A stretch of DNA of 64,000 nucleotides from Blepharisma stoltei ATCC 30299 (lineage: Eukaryota > Protista > Ciliophora). Each line of letters opens with the position of its first letter. Position 1 is the stretch's first letter. Where the stretch lies: the NCBI GenBank assembly GCA_965603825.1, contig CBFDEM010000054.1, positions 620,001 through 684,000 on the forward strand, given 5' to 3'. Of the stretch, positions 1 to 13,075 are shown in pieces. The notes below the pieces were generated by a model. It worked only from the letters and a program-made list of their open reading frames with translations. It was not told the origin of the DNA and ran no database searches. A program made the position numbers and the translations under genes.

Positions 1-2857
1 GCTTTTCTGCTTTTGAAGCTTTATGCAGCAATAAATCAAAAGTGATTACCCCATTTTTCGCATTTTTCACTGTATATTGTTTAGTCAAATCTTCTTTTTT
101 ATTTGCAGCTAACGCAACAACTCTAGGACTAGTGACGCTAAAGTGATAATTGCCATGATCATAATCAAACTCCTTGCTAAGTTTCTCAGGATTCTGTGGA
201 GTCATAAAATTCCTGCCTTCTTCATGAATTCTCGGCGACTCATAAATTGATTGTCCAATATATTCCTTTTTTCTTATTTTCTCATACACATAATTAAACT
301 CAGCCTCATCTCTTTTAGTGAACTTGTTTACATCTAAATAAAAATGCCAAGGGACCTGACTTTCTTGATCTTTTCTAGTAGCAGTTTTATTTTTAACCGT
401 AGCTGTTCCTTGTTGCAAGCAGCCAACCATCCTTCCATCTTCTGCAGAAATGATTTTCACCATTTTATCATAGCTGGTTGTAATTAAAGTTTCGTTTTCT
501 CTAATTAAAAATAAATGCCTTATGCACTCTGTGTGCAGCTTTATTGAATATAAGACTATAAGGGTGTCACTAGGTATATTTGGAGCTGCTAATATAGATT
601 TATTTACCAATGACATCATTTTATTTTCTCGTCCATCAGTAGATAATGGCTCTATTGATAAAAGGTCAATTATGCCTTTAAAAGAAATTGCTTGTAAGTT
701 ACCTCGGTCGTCACCTGTAAAGAGTATATGTTTTGACAATAAATAAGAAATTCCTTGGACTACTGAGGTTACTCCGTCTGGGTCTCGGTTTGTATAGGAA
801 AATACTTTGTTGTATTTATAAGGAAGTGGGTGAAGAGCCCACAGGATTATTTCACCTAGAGAATCACAAGCAATAATGAGTGGCATAAGATCAATAGTTT
901 GGATCACAATAAGCTCGCCTTGATGGACCATTGGCTGGCCTGCATAAGTTGCATCTTCAGTGTCCCAGATGTGGATAACCCCTTCACTAGTCCCAATAAC
1001 CAAAATTTCTAAATAATATACAAATTTGATAACTGGAATGACGCAGCCTAAATTATCAATGGTCTGCAAAACAACTGAATCGCTTAATGATTTGTCTTCG
1101 TGTATCATGATAGTCATATCTAAAGACCCAGTTGCTATAAACTGCCCTTTTTCTGAACTTGCTATACAGTTGACTTCTCCTTTATGGTCTGCTAACTGCT
1201 TCATTAATGCTCCATTCTTTATATTATAAACCCTTGTATGTCCTCTGGTATCTCCTACAAAAACTCTTTTTTCCCATCCATCAATTTCTACGCATGAAAT
1301 ATCACTATCTGCTGAGGCTGCATACATGTTTTCTGGCTTCCCTGTAAACGCATTCCATACCTTTACTTTATTCATAATCGGAGTAATAAATTTATAATAA
1401 TTTGGGGTGTAAAATGATGCTAATGGTAAGCTGTCATCTACGAAATTTGGGTTCAAATTTTTATCGTAATCATAAAAAGCAAGTCCTTTTCCACCAAAAA
1501 CAATTCTTTCTTGTTTTTTTAAAAAGGTAAAATCTGATAAAGAAAAACGAGTGCCTGATTGTTTTTCTTCCAAATTAAAAGTTTGAACACAGCTGAGATT
1601 TCGAATGTCCCAAACTTTTACCCAGCCATCAATATCAGCTGATATTACTTGTGGACTATCTTGGAGGACTTTGACTCCGACTAATGAAGAGTTGTGACCT
1701 TCAATTTTAAAAGCTACAGTGTCTATATAAGGGTTTCATACATAAATATCATGATCAAATCCAGCTGAAAACAGTAAACGATACTCTGGGTTAAATGCAA
1801 GAGATAATACACCTTTTGTGTGGCTTCCATAGATTCTCCGAGGGGATGCAGAAATCATATCCCAAAGTATAACTTTTCTGTCCTGTGAGCAGGAAAATAA
1901 AAACTCAAGCTTGGGGACTGCAATTAAATCAGTCACCATGTCTTCGTGGCCTTCTCTGAGGACTTTTATAGGCTCACTTCTCTTTTTATCCTCGAAATTC
2001 CATATATTAATAGCCCCGGTATTATCTCCTGAATATAAAATTCCATGACTGCTATTTCATGCCATACTTCTTTGTGGGCTTTTAGCATACAGGATAGGAT
2101 ATCCTCCTTTATAATTTAAAGAATGAAAATTTGAGCCATTTGAGCTTCAAGTCCTTATTGTTCCGTCATTACAGCTTGTAAGCAGAAATTGATACCCAGG
2201 ATCAGGTAAAAAGATTGCGTTATGGACTATGGCTTTTTTCGGACCTCTATAAGGAATTCCATCCTTATCTCCGCCAATGTATTGTGATTCTTCATTTTTT
2301 ACTTGCAGATCTCTTCCCATAACTTGGCCAGTTTCAGGGTGATAGAATTTTACGATATTTGAATAGTCTTCAATAACCCCAATTCTGTCAAGTGCCTCTA
2401 AATTTATTAATTTTTCAATGATTCCTTCTGAGTTATAAGAAGGTTTTACAGTGCTTAGTGAATAATTTTTAATTGAATCCACCCTAGTTATTTTCATCCC
2501 ATTCAGTGTCGTCGCTTTTTCTATTATATAATTTGTAAATTCGTCTCAATCCAATTTCCCATTTCCATTCATATCAATATCTCTAAACAGCTGCAACAAA
2601 AGTTTCACCATAACTTTATCTCTGTTTTGCAGCGTTGGCTTTCAGTGCTTTAAATGGCTTCTTATAATAACAACAAATTCCTCAAGTGTCAGTTCTCCTT
2701 CTCTGCTTTCAAATTCTTTTTTAAGCGAGCTGATAGTAAACGGGTCAAAATTCATCGTCAAATCCAACAGTAGCTCTTCTTCAACCTCCAATTTATTCGA
2801 ATAAATAGTCCTAGGTGTAAGAGGTTCTGGGCCTTTTTGAATAATTCGTTTCGACAT
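1..2857 (-). CDS. EF-hand + WD40-repeat protein (WDR49/WDR64/EFCAB8-like), 3' end outside window
   Basis: ORFs 2642-2857, 2147-2497 and 1736-1939 share one frame joined by TGA=Trp. EF-hand DMNGNGKLD(W=TGA)DEF; WD repeats such as SCSQDRKVILWD, SAGFDHDIYV(W), GTSEGVIHIWD. Frame is still open at position 1. Confidence 0.85.
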
Positions 2858-2879
2858 TTAGAAATTTTATTAATACAAA

Positions 2880-3251
2880 ATGGGAATAAGACAATCCGCT
2901 CAATGTCCAGTGAAGCCTGAAGTATTGGAAACGGTGAAGCTACACTCAGTTGTTATATATAGTCGACATTTAGATCCAAGCTCTTTTAAAGCAGAAAATC
3001 TTCTTAGAAGGATTGGGGTGGATCCATATGTAATTGAAGTAGAATTCGAAGAAAATCAGAGAATGATTATGAGAGCTTTATTTCAAATGACCGGACAAGT
3101 GACTTTACCAATAATCTTTATTGGTGGAAAATTTGTTGGAAGCACTCTCGAATTATCCAAAGGAATTAAATCTGGGTATATACAAATTTTATTAAAAAGA
3201 AACAATGTTGAAATTACTGAAAGCGAAGAAAGCGATGAAGACAACCAATAA
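2880..3251 (+). CDS. Glutaredoxin-like protein lacking the CxxC/CxxS active site
   Basis: VVIYS...TGQVTLPIIFIGGKFVG glutaredoxin signature; active-site position reads RHLDPSS; N-terminus MGIRQS resembles a myristoylation motif. Confidence 0.8.
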   Translation: MGIRQSAQCPVKPEVLETVKLHSVVIYSRHLDPSSFKAENLLRRIGVDPYVIEVEFEENQRMIMRALFQMTGQVTLPIIFIGGKFVGSTLELSKGIKSGYIQILLKRNNVEITESEESDEDNQ

Positions 3252-3279
3252 TTTCCAAATTTTCATATAATTAATAATC

Positions 3280-6200
3280 TTACTCAGGTTTTTGGTACCC
3301 TTCGTCTTCAGCTTTGTTGCTTTTTATCATTTCTTCCATTTTGTGGATTTCTTCGTTTAATTCATAATTTTTATCTTTTAAGGCTTCAACTCTTGCCTCT
3401 AATGGCCGAATTGACTCTATCAGTTGATCTCTATCTTTTAGTAGCTCAATATAATTATCATACAATTCTACGCTTTCCTTTATTTTTTCTTCTGTTTTAA
3501 TTTTTATTTTTTTCTCGTGGCTTAAATAGGTCAAAAAGCCAATCCTTAAATAATCCCAATAATTCATTCTAGCTCGAAATTCATCTTCTAAATTTCCTGT
3601 GCCTCCAAAAATGACAGCTCTGCCTTCAATTTCTTGTAATTTTCGCTTTGTGAAAAGGGCGTCTAATGAAGATTTTATTTCAGCTCGTTTGTGTCTTTCT
3701 AGGATAATTTCGTCACTTTTGCCGATTGCCCAAGCTTTAGGGTCATCTTCTTCTTCAGTTCCATCAGGGATTCTATTGAAAACACATACAGCAAGTTCTT
3801 TATTTTCCTCAATAGGGTCTCTATTTTCGACTTCTCTTGATAAAAGTTTTTTTATTTTTGATACAAAATAAACCAATAGAGATTCTATATAATCAGTTCT
3901 TTCGTCTTCTTTTCCTATTGCTTCTTTAACCTTGGTGTAAGCCCTTTCTAAAATTGCTATAAAAATATTAAGCAAAATAAATTGGAAAAAAATCATAAAT
4001 GAAAAGAAAAATATGTAGCTCATAACAAGGTCACCTTCTGCAAGCTCTGAAAAGTTGAATTCTCCTATTATCATTGAAAAACAGACCATAAAGGAACTAT
4101 CAATAGAACTATAGTTGAAGAGTGTATGGCCAAATGATAAATAAGCGAAAAATACAAAGCCAAGTAATATTACAATAATCATAACTAAGAAGTATGTAAT
4201 ATCAACCATAGCAGTTTTTACAGTATCTTGTAAGAAGCTTAGAGCTTTATTGAACGAGACATAGTTCAAAATTCTGAAATAAATAAACAAAATATTAAAA
4301 GCTGACCAATTTAAATATTGTTCCAGTATATTTGCAGCTTCAGCAAATTTATCATGAAACTTTGTATCATCGCTAATCATTTCATAATCAATTACATCTA
4401 GAGTCAAATATCTCAGATACAATCCTATACAAACCCATGAGCACATATAAGAAGCAACGTCAAAAATGACAAAAGGTGTTAAAATATTATTAATCCTCCT
4501 CAGTCATTCAGGTTTGGCATGATTTCTTTTTCGCTTTTGGTCAGTCGTCAAGATTTCATAAAATCTTGACCTCCAAGCTTCATAATTGACATAGTCTCTT
4601 CTGATAGTAAGAACTGTAATAGCCATATGATAACACAATAAAAGCACAAAAACAAGCTCAAAAAAGGCCCTTGCTCCATCTGCAGGAGTTGCGTACATTT
4701 TTAGCCTCATAGGTCATATATAGTACTGGAACAAAATTTCTCCTCCGGAGTTCATTTCAGTGATAAATCCTACATAAGTGAAATAATTTATGTCGCCGTT
4801 ATACAAGACGAAGTCAATAAGAAGACTATTCATTGTATCATTGAAAAAATGATCCTTTACAAGGGTTTCTAATTGAGTATAATAGTTGTCGGAGTCTGGG
4901 AAAACATAAAAAATATATCCACCTCCATTATATAAAGAGACGCCACCTTTGTATTTCCAGTCACAATTTAAAGTAGCTGATTTTGTGTACTCGTGAGCTG
5001 GGTGTGTTTCAAATGCTGAATAAGTTGGGTATCTTGAGCGACGCTGAACTTCATCAAAAAGGTCTGATTGGTTCTCCTCTGTGTCTACTTTTCTTATTGT
5101 AAATCTGATAGGCCCATTAGTAGCACAAACATTGGTATTATTAAAATTTTGACCTACAAGGTAATTTTGTTGCATACTGTAAGTATAGGATTTTTTGAAG
5201 TTTCCTATAAATGCATAATCTAGCCATCTGGTTAAATCATTATAGTCGTGAATATCTTCTAAACGATATTTTCCGTCATATGTTTGAATTTCAAAAGAAT
5301 CAGTAAATGTACTTAATAGCTCATGCCGAGCAGTTATATCTTGTTGGTAAAGCAAGGTTACTGTATAAATAATAGCAAAAATTACAAAAATCAAAGCTGC
5401 CCATAATTTCTTCGAAAACATCAAGGTTGACTCAGTAATTTTGACATATTTTTCTTTATCTGTCAAAACTTCATGGTCAATTTGTGCACCCCATAGCTTG
5501 GCATCATTATAATCAATATAAGGATTTTTCGACTTAACAACCTCTTCTGGGTTTTCATAGTGTTCATCATCTTCATTATTTTTATATTTCAAAATTAATG
5601 CACGCTTTTTGCTAAACAAACTAAGGACTCTAAAATATAAATCTTTTCCCCAATCAATTACGGAAAAAATGATATGTTTTTGCTCTTCGGCTTTTTGGTT
5701 CTTTTTAGATTGTTCTAGCTTTTCCAGCTCTTCTCCATAAGCGTTTCCTATGATAGCAATAAACATACTCAAAAGAATAAAATTTATGAATAGCGTAAAG
5801 CAGATAATAAAAAACGCTCCAATATGGAAATTATGGTCCAAAACTCCTACAACCCCGTCTATATTATCGAACAAAATCAAAAAGCAAGATGCAAATGCAA
5901 AACCGACTTGGCTGAAATTTTCCATGAAGCCTCCAAAAGCTACGTGAGAAAAAATCACGAAACTAATAAAAACCCCCAAAAGGAGGCAGGAAAAGTAAAA
6001 AATTTCATTTTTTGATCTTACCAAAGTCCTATGAAGTAGCCTAATTCTTTCAAATTTCCCTAGATACCTTAAAAGCCTGAAAAATATCAAAAGCAAGTTA
6101 ATTCCATTTAATTCTGTATACAACTTGTAAATTGACAAAGTGTCTAATAAATCATTTTGCAGACTTGTGAGGTTATCAAATGAATCCAAATGAGAAATCT

Positions 6201-7278
6201 TGTTATCTGCGACGTTTATCCATAAGGCAATATTCACATACGACAAAATAATTGACGCTGTATTCAAAATATTCCACAAGCTTCCAAAGTGTTTTTTTAC
6301 TCCTCCTCAAAACATAATCACTCTTGCGCTATTTACATTAATCCCTTGGCTCTGCAATGCAACTCTCTGCGCTATAATATCAACTTTTATTAAAAACAGC
6401 TCTATGCCTGTATACAAAAGCAGCAAAATCACATATATTGCTTCAAGAAATGCACGGAACTGGTCAATTGGGGTTCGGTAAAACATATAATCCATTGACC
6501 TTACGTCAAATTTGGTAGTCACAAGTCCAGACTCGTCAAACCAAAACTGAAATGCGGCATACGTTAGCATGTCTCAATGTCCGTTATAAAGGACAAAATC
6601 CACATATATTGCTGCTGTTTGGCTGTCTATTCATTTATCTGTAACGATTACCTTATAAGCATCGGACAGCTGGCTTGAAGTGTTTGTTTCAGAAATATAT
6701 TGAAAACCTCCTGAATGTCTGACTCCAATGCTTGAGTCGTATACAAACATTGTTCCATTCCCATAAGTAGCTTTGCTTTCTCCACTATTGGACTCATACA
6801 AGTCAAGTCCTGAAATTGCTCATCTTTTAGGGTAGACTTTATTAGTCCTGTGATAAGGATTGTCTTCTAGTTTTACACGTTTTTGGACAAATCTGATAGG
6901 TGTTATAAGTCTGTTATAAAAAGCGATTCTTTGATAAGTGTCATTTACTTGGCTTCACTCATCATAATAGTTTTCAGCTTGAAGCAAAGGAATGAGGTCG
7001 ATGATAATTCAGTTTACAACATCGTCCTTGCAGTATATTTTTGGGTAGTCATCATTATCGTCTGTGAAATACTGTCTGACGCCTGCAGAAATATGATACG
7101 CATATTGAGTTTTTACCTGATTTAAGATAACGACGACAAAGACGACTGTGAATATAATAAAACGGACGATTTCGCTGATCGTCATTTGGCTTTCATGAAT
7201 CTCACGGACAGCTTGTGGCTTAGGGTCGGTCGTTTGCTCAGTTGGGTCTTCTTCTTTAGGTTCATCGCTTATTTCCAT
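3280..7278 (-). CDS. Polycystin (PKD2/TRPP)-type cation channel with two tandem channel repeats, 1332 aa
   Basis: Five ORF-track pieces share one frame, separated only by TGA. Two TOP-domain motifs (WIDSQTAAIYVDFVLYNG; FFNDTMNSLLIDFVLYNG), each followed by S4 (FRLLRYL; FRILNYV), a pore region and S6 (FILLSMFIAII; FILLNIFIAIL). C-terminal coiled coil. Confidence 0.88.
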
Positions 7279-7341
7279 GATTCCTCTTTTTATATTCTAA
7301 TTTAAAAAACGGCATTATTATTTTCAATTTCTATTTAAAAA

Positions 7342-9072
7342 TTAGTTGAATTCTTTAATCAAACTAAAAAACTCTTCTTGCGTTAGCGTTTCTCTTTCAA
7401 CTAAATTCTTTGCAATGTACATCAATAAGGACTTGTTTTTCAGCAGCTTTTCTTTGGTCCTTTTATAGCTTTCGTCAAGAATATCTCTGACGGCTTTATC
7501 AATCAAGTCTCGCTGAGCCGCCCCTTCACCGTCTTCATCAAGAGCATTTAAATTGACAAGTCCAGTGATTTCGTCAAACATCCCACCTTTGGTATAATGA
7601 TAAGCTGTCTGAGTCGCTTTGTCGAGATCACTGCTGCAGCCTGTTGTTAAGTTGTCGATGCCTAAAAATATTTCTTCAGCTGCTCTTCCGCCCATTGCGA
7701 CGTCAATTCTGGCAAGAATTTCTTCTCGGTTGACACTGACCTTGTCTTTGTCAGGCAAGCTTACAGTCATACCTAGGCTAGGACCGCGAGGGAGAATTGT
7801 AGTTTTGTGTAGAGGGTCAGCACCTTTGGTGAGGACTGCAGTTAGGGCATGACCGACTTCATGTATGGCTGTGTTGAGTTTTTCTTCGTCTGTAAGTGAT
7901 AGAGATCTTCTCTCAACACCCATAAGGATTCTGTCAATAGATTTTTCAACGTCATGAATATTGCAAGCACTTCTGCCCTCTTTGACTGCATTAAGGACTG
8001 CTAAATTTACTACATTAGACAAATCAGCTCCTGTCATCCCAATTGTGCCCTTAGCCACTATTTCAGGAGTTACAGTTTCATCGTGGTACACTTTTTTCAA
8101 ATACAGGTCCAAAATCTGTGTCCTGCCTTTTTTGTCTGGCATCGGGATATCAATGACTTTATCAAACCTCCCAGCTCGCTTTAACGCATGGTCTAAACTT
8201 TCTGGGTAGTTTGTTGCTCCTATCACTAAAATGTTATCTTTAGACTCAAATCCATCCATTTCTACAAGCAGCTGGTTTAAGCTTTGTCTGTTATAATTAA
8301 AGTCTTTACTTTTTCTGCTTGCCCCTAATGCATCTATTTCATCAATAAAAATGATGCAAGGCGCATTTCTTTTGGCTTCTTTGAATAACTCCCTAATTCT
8401 TTTAGCTCCAAGCCCAACAAAAACTTCTTCGAAATCTGAGCCTGAATTGAAATAAAATTTCACCCCAGATTCCCCTGCAATAGCCTTAGCAAGCAAGGTT
8501 TTTCCAGTTCCTGGCCTTCCAGTCATCAAGATCCCTTTTGGCATTTTTGCACCAGTTGAATGATATTTTTCAGGGTTGCTTAAATAGTCCACGATTTCTA
8601 ACAATTCTTCTCGACATTCGTCAATACCTCTGACATCGTCAAATGTCACATTGGTTTTTTCAGCTGTAATTATGTGTTTAGTGGAGTCCAACATCCCCGA
8701 TCCTCCACTCCAATCTCGTTTAACCATTTGATATAATACAAATGAGCATACAGCAAATCCTAAATATCCAATAAGTTTTGTAGGGAAGCTTGGAGAAGGC
8801 TGGAGTTGTTTTACATAAATTGGCTGAGAGAGGTTTTGAAAAGGGACTTCGGAAGAGCCTGTGAATGCTGGTTTCTCGGTTTTTTCTGATTTTGGAGGTG
8901 AAATGTACTTTAAGGCATATAGGTATTGTTGCTTGCATTTGGTTTCTTCTTCTTTGTCGAAGAATTTCATGCTTTCGTAGGTTTCTTTGACTTCGTTAAA
9001 ACGCATTTCACGATTAAGCTTGCGGAGATAGCGATGATCTGAGAACAACCTTTTTGTGATAGCTTTGAGCAT
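7342..9072 (-). CDS. YME1: Mitochondrial i-AAA metalloprotease (FtsH/YME1 family)
   Basis: Walker A GRPGTGKT, Walker [26 protein letters not shown] zinc motif. Start taken at [11 protein letters not shown] (targeting-peptide-like). Confidence 0.92.
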   Translation of the reverse strand: MLKAITKRLFSDHRYLRKLNREMRFNEVKETYESMKFFDKEEETKCKQQYLYALKYISPPKSEKTEKPAFTGSSEVPFQNLSQPIYVKQLQPSPSFPTKLIGYLGFAVCSFVLYQMVKRDWSGGSGMLDSTKHIITAEKTNVTFDDVRGIDECREELLEIVDYLSNPEKYHSTGAKMPKGILMTGRPGTGKTLLAKAIAGESGVKFYFNSGSDFEEVFVGLGAKRIRELFKEAKRNAPCIIFIDEIDALGASRKSKDFNYNRQSLNQLLVEMDGFESKDNILVIGATNYPESLDHALKRAGRFDKVIDIPMPDKKGRTQILDLYLKKVYHDETVTPEIVAKGTIGMTGADLSNVVNLAVLNAVKEGRSACNIHDVEKSIDRILMGVERRSLSLTDEEKLNTAIHEVGHALTAVLTKGADPLHKTTILPRGPSLGMTVSLPDKDKVSVNREEILARIDVAMGGRAAEEIFLGIDNLTTGCSSDLDKATQTAYHYTKGGMFDEITGLVNLNALDEDGEGAAQRDLIDKAVRDILDESYKRTKEKLLKNKSLLMYIAKNLVERETLTQEEFFSLIKEFN

Positions 9073-9811
9073 GATAAATTTATTAGAAAATGAGAATTTT
9101 ACTTTTATATCTCTTAAAGCCAATCTCTTCTGATGAAATAGGAAAAAGTTTATTTGCAAAATTATACAATGTATTTATGAGAAAGGCAGCATATCGTTTG
9201 GGAATCAACAAATCATTTTAGTGTATTTTTATAAGGATAGGCTTAATATATTTAAGAGTATTAGCAATAATTATTAAAAGCGGAGATTATGCTTTCTTAA
9301 ATTTGTATTAAAAATAAAATCTGAATAACTATATTAAACTATTTATATAAATTTTTGAATTCAGTAAGAATTTTTAAGATATACCTCTTTCAGATACTTA
9401 CGAGACTTAGAAATCTATTCGAACAAGCTTTTTATCTTTTCAATTTCTTTGCAGATTCAAATGCCTCCTTAAAAGAAATTCTGTTTAAAGAAGCATAAAA
9501 TGAAATTTATCTTGCCATCACATATTGGCTATAAAAGATTCATATTAGAGAATATAGCTCTTGCATGAATAATATTTTTGCGTTATCTTAAATAGGAAGT
9601 CTTTTACTCGTCAAAAAGCCCTCAAATGCTTTTATTTTTCTCTTATAAACATTATTTTTTAAAAATTTTTAATATTACATCAATTTAATTTTTGAAAAAA
9701 TTATTTAATACGATATGAATATTCGCTATAACTAAGCGTCAAGAATTATGATTAGATTCAAAAGCCTATTAAATGTAGAATCAGAAAATTACTTAATACA
9801 TTATCTGTAAT

Positions 9812-11053
9812 TTACATCGTGCCCTCATCTTGTGAATAGTTAGAAGATGGCGCAGTTGATTTCTTGGAAAAAGGAGACGAAAAGTCAGAGTCTGGAGATA
9901 CTGATTTAAAAGTATTTTTCGGTGACAATATCACCGGCTTTACCAAAGTTGGGTACATAGTATAAAAGAATGGATGTCTAAGCGCTTCTTGTGCCGATAT
10001 CCGTTTGCTTGGCTCAAGTTGCAGCATTTTGTCAATTAAGTCAACAAAATATTGGTTCGTTAGATAATCTTCTTCCCACTCCCCATATTTTTCAATGAAT
10101 TTTTCAATTGAAGTAGGCTTCGAATTTTTCAACTTGCAAGGCTCTAGCATTGAAATTTTTTCACCAATATTAAAATATTGGCCCGCTTTTTCACTGTTTC
10201 TAATCATATTTTTATTAGGAAATCCTCTTAAGTTTACAATTCTTTGCATCTGGTCATAACTGTTACATCCTGGGAATAATGGCCGTCCAGTATGCATTTC
10301 TACCAAAATGCAAGCTAAACTTCAAATATCTATTGCGTTACTGTAAGGAAGCCCTAATAAAACTTCAGGAGCTCTATAATACCTGCTCTGTGCACATTTA
10401 GCTTGAACTTCTAGGCCTTTGTAAGAACTTCCGAAATCGATTATTTTTACCCCAGCTCTGTCCATTGATTGTAGCATAATATTTTCTGGCTTCAAATCGC
10501 TATGTATAATTTGTAAATTAGGAAGCGCTAGTAAGCTTAAGCCAGTTAGCAGCTGCCATGCAAAAATTCTAATAGTCTCAAGAGGGAAGCCTTGAAAATT
10601 ATTTTCTTTTAAAAGCTGATATAAATCTTTTGCCAAATGTTCGAATACTATACATGTGACGCCTCTTCAAATGAAAGTGTCGACCATTTTGACAAAAAAC
10701 CCTTCAGCTTGGTCTGCTTCTTTTAATAGCCTAAGAATTTCAACTTCATTCTTAGCTTGAGACTGGAATAATTGGTCATTTCTGCTAATTTTTATGGCAA
10801 CCGTGCGCTTGCTAACTAGATCAAGAGCTTTGACTACTTTTCCGAAAGCTCCTTTGCCAATAGAACATATAACTTCATATCGCCCATTGTTGAGCAATGC
10901 ACCTTTTTCGATTTTCCCTTTTGAAAGTAAGGAATCATCAAAATCGCTTGGGAATGATGCGAAATCTTTGCTTTGGCCAGCTTGCGAATTGGCGAATGAA
11001 GTTAAGGTCTCTAAAAGAGACGAGCTTGTTGAGGTGAGTGAATCGGAATCCAT
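9812..11053 (-). CDS. DYRK-family protein kinase, 413 aa
   Basis: GKGAFG, VAIK, HSDLKPEN, DFGSS, QSRYYRAPE, DI(W=TGA)S. Three ORFs in one frame joined by TGA. Confidence 0.9.
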
Positions 11054-11489
11054 TTTTTATTGGGCTAAAGAATTTTTCGAGTTACAACGAAGAAAAACGA
11101 TAGAAATTTAGAAGGTTCTAAGAAGGAAAATGAAGAAAAATAAAGCCAAGAAGTTTTAACCAAAACGTGGGGAAAATTATAGAAATATCATTGAGGTTTG
11201 TGCAGAATTAATGGATTTTGTGGGAAATTTAAAATATTGTTGGATTTTTAGATTAATACATGTAATCTAGCTTAATTAAGACATTATAAATATTTATATT
11301 TTTAATAAAAGAGGCTATAGATTAAGCTTATGCTTGAATAGAATATTATTTGAAATTGTATGGCTAAACATCCAAATAGGAATTTTTTATTTGTTTTAAT
11401 ATGGCAGCATTAAAAAAATGAAAATCCTATAAGTAGTTCACAGCCGTTTTACTTAATTTTATTTTTTCTTAAAATATAAAATATGCTTA

Positions 11490-13064
11490 TTAAAATATTT
11501 GACACGAATATTGCAACGGCAGCTGTACTTCCCCTACCCACTCATTCTCATTTCTCAATATCTTGATATCCCATTTTTTCCTCGTAATTAAGCATATTTG
11601 AATTTGGTTTTCAAAAGCTTTATTCCTCAAAATTTCTCCTTCTACATTATCTCTTATATTAAACCCTACAGCTGTGTTCCTATAAGCTTTATTTTCAGAA
11701 ACTTTGCACATCCCATTTCCTGCAATAGTGATCCCCGTTCTCTTATTATCATGCACTAGATTTTTCACAATATCTAAATTGCTTTCTATCACTAAAATTC
11801 CATCATTATTCTCATAAATCTCATTTGAGTTTATTTCGCAGCCATTTCCTTCAAATACAAAAATTCCTTCACATCTTCCCCTATAAATCCTGTTTTCGCT
11901 TATAATTATTTTTCCTGACCCACAGGCAATATTAGCTCTGAGGTTGCCGTATACACAATTTTTATCAATAATGGCTGAAGTCCCTGTGGTCATTAAAATT
12001 CCTTGACAAATGTTTTCATATATATCATTTCCTCTAATTTCGGCATTCGCGGAGTCTTCAATTCTAATCCCAGCTTTTCGATTATTACAGATAATAGGAT
12101 TGTCTTCTATTAAAGACCTGCAGCTTTCCCCTTGTATCCATATAGAATTTTCATTTTCATACAGCTGATTTCCAAAGATCTTTACGCTGCTTCCTGTCAT
12201 ATAACTTCTTATTGCAATCCCACTGCCAAAGTTGCATCTGATTTTATTTTTTGTGATAACTGGATTTGAATCCATAATTTCAATGCCGACTTCATTGAAT
12301 TTTATATCATTTTCTTTGATTTTCGCTATATTTCCATTCATAATTAGCACTCCAGCTCCTTCATTTTGCATAATTTTATTATGCTGTACAGTAGGTGCAA
12401 ACTCAACGTTTTGGCATAAAATCCCGCATCGTGAGTTGTTTACAATTGCGCACTCTGAGATAGTGACGACATTATTGGGCGTGCAATCTAGCAATACAGC
12501 GCTGTTTTTGTGTTTGTATATTTTACAAGCTTGCATAGCTAAATTTGAGTCTTTAGCGTAGATCCCGGTAGAACTTATATCTAAACTTCCTTTGACATCA
12601 CAGTTACTCATGTGGACTTGGCACTCATTAAGGAAAAATGCAGGCATTGGGGCTTTTATTGAGCTTAAAGTGACTTGGCAATCTTCAATAATGACGTTTC
12701 CGCCAAAAATCTGGACTCCACAGTTTGCGTCCGTTTTAGATTTCAATTTGGCCAGCCAGTCAAATTCTTCGTTTTCGTCTTTTTCGCCGCTGTGAATTAA
12801 TTTAAAGCCTTTTATCGTACAGGTTTCACCTTCATTCAACCTAATTGAGATAAGTGGGCCTCTGCTTACAGAAATTTGAACTTCTCCATTAGTTTCCTTA
12901 GCTTCTATGATTAAACCTGGTTTTGTGATTTTTATTGGTTTTGAATAGAGACCTGGGGATACAATAATTTTAGAACCATTTGAAGCAGCGTTGATAGCTT
13001 CTTGTATAGTCATATAGTGGCCATATCCAGGTGCTACAATGAGAGCATTATCTGGAGGATCCAT
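11490..13064 (-). CDS. Right-handed parallel beta-helix repeat protein (CASH/FBXO11-like repeats)
   Basis: TIQEAI...IIVSPGLY cap followed by many NxIxxNxxxGI repeats. Start taken at MDPPDNAL; the upstream ATG at 13127 lies inside RRP4. Confidence 0.82.
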   Translation of the reverse strand: MDPPDNALIVAPGYGHYMTIQEAINAASNGSKIIVSPGLYSKPIKITKPGLIIEAKETNGEVQISVSRGPLISIRLNEGETCTIKGFKLIHSGEKDENEEFDWLAKLKSKTDANCGVQIFGGNVIIEDCQVTLSSIKAPMPAFFLNECQVHMSNCDVKGSLDISSTGIYAKDSNLAMQACKIYKHKNSAVLLDCTPNNVVTISECAIVNNSRCGILCQNVEFAPTVQHNKIMQNEGAGVLIMNGNIAKIKENDIKFNEVGIEIMDSNPVITKNKIRCNFGSGIAIRSYMTGSSVKIFGNQLYENENSIWIQGESCRSLIEDNPIICNNRKAGIRIEDSANAEIRGNDIYENICQGILMTTGTSAIIDKNCVYGNLRANIACGSGKIIISENRIYRGRCEGIFVFEGNGCEINSNEIYENNDGILVIESNLDIVKNLVHDNKRTGITIAGNGMCKVSENKAYRNTAVGFNIRDNVEGEILRNKAFENQIQICLITRKKWDIKILRNENEWVGEVQLPLQYSCQIF

Positions 13065-13075
13065 TTTTGATATAA

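Noticed and set aside
1009-1021. Intron-like GTATATTATTTAG on the minus strand
   Set aside because: Only 13 nt; removing it would shift a frame that reads as continuous WD40 sequence (KFVYYLEILVIG).
3280-7278. Apparent cluster of five small membrane-protein genes, or a pseudogene
   Set aside because: All pieces are in one frame and separated only by TGA=Trp.
9073-9159. N-terminal extension of YME1 from a TTG start
   Set aside because: AT-rich upstream sequence; ATG 9072 gives a typical mitochondrial presequence.
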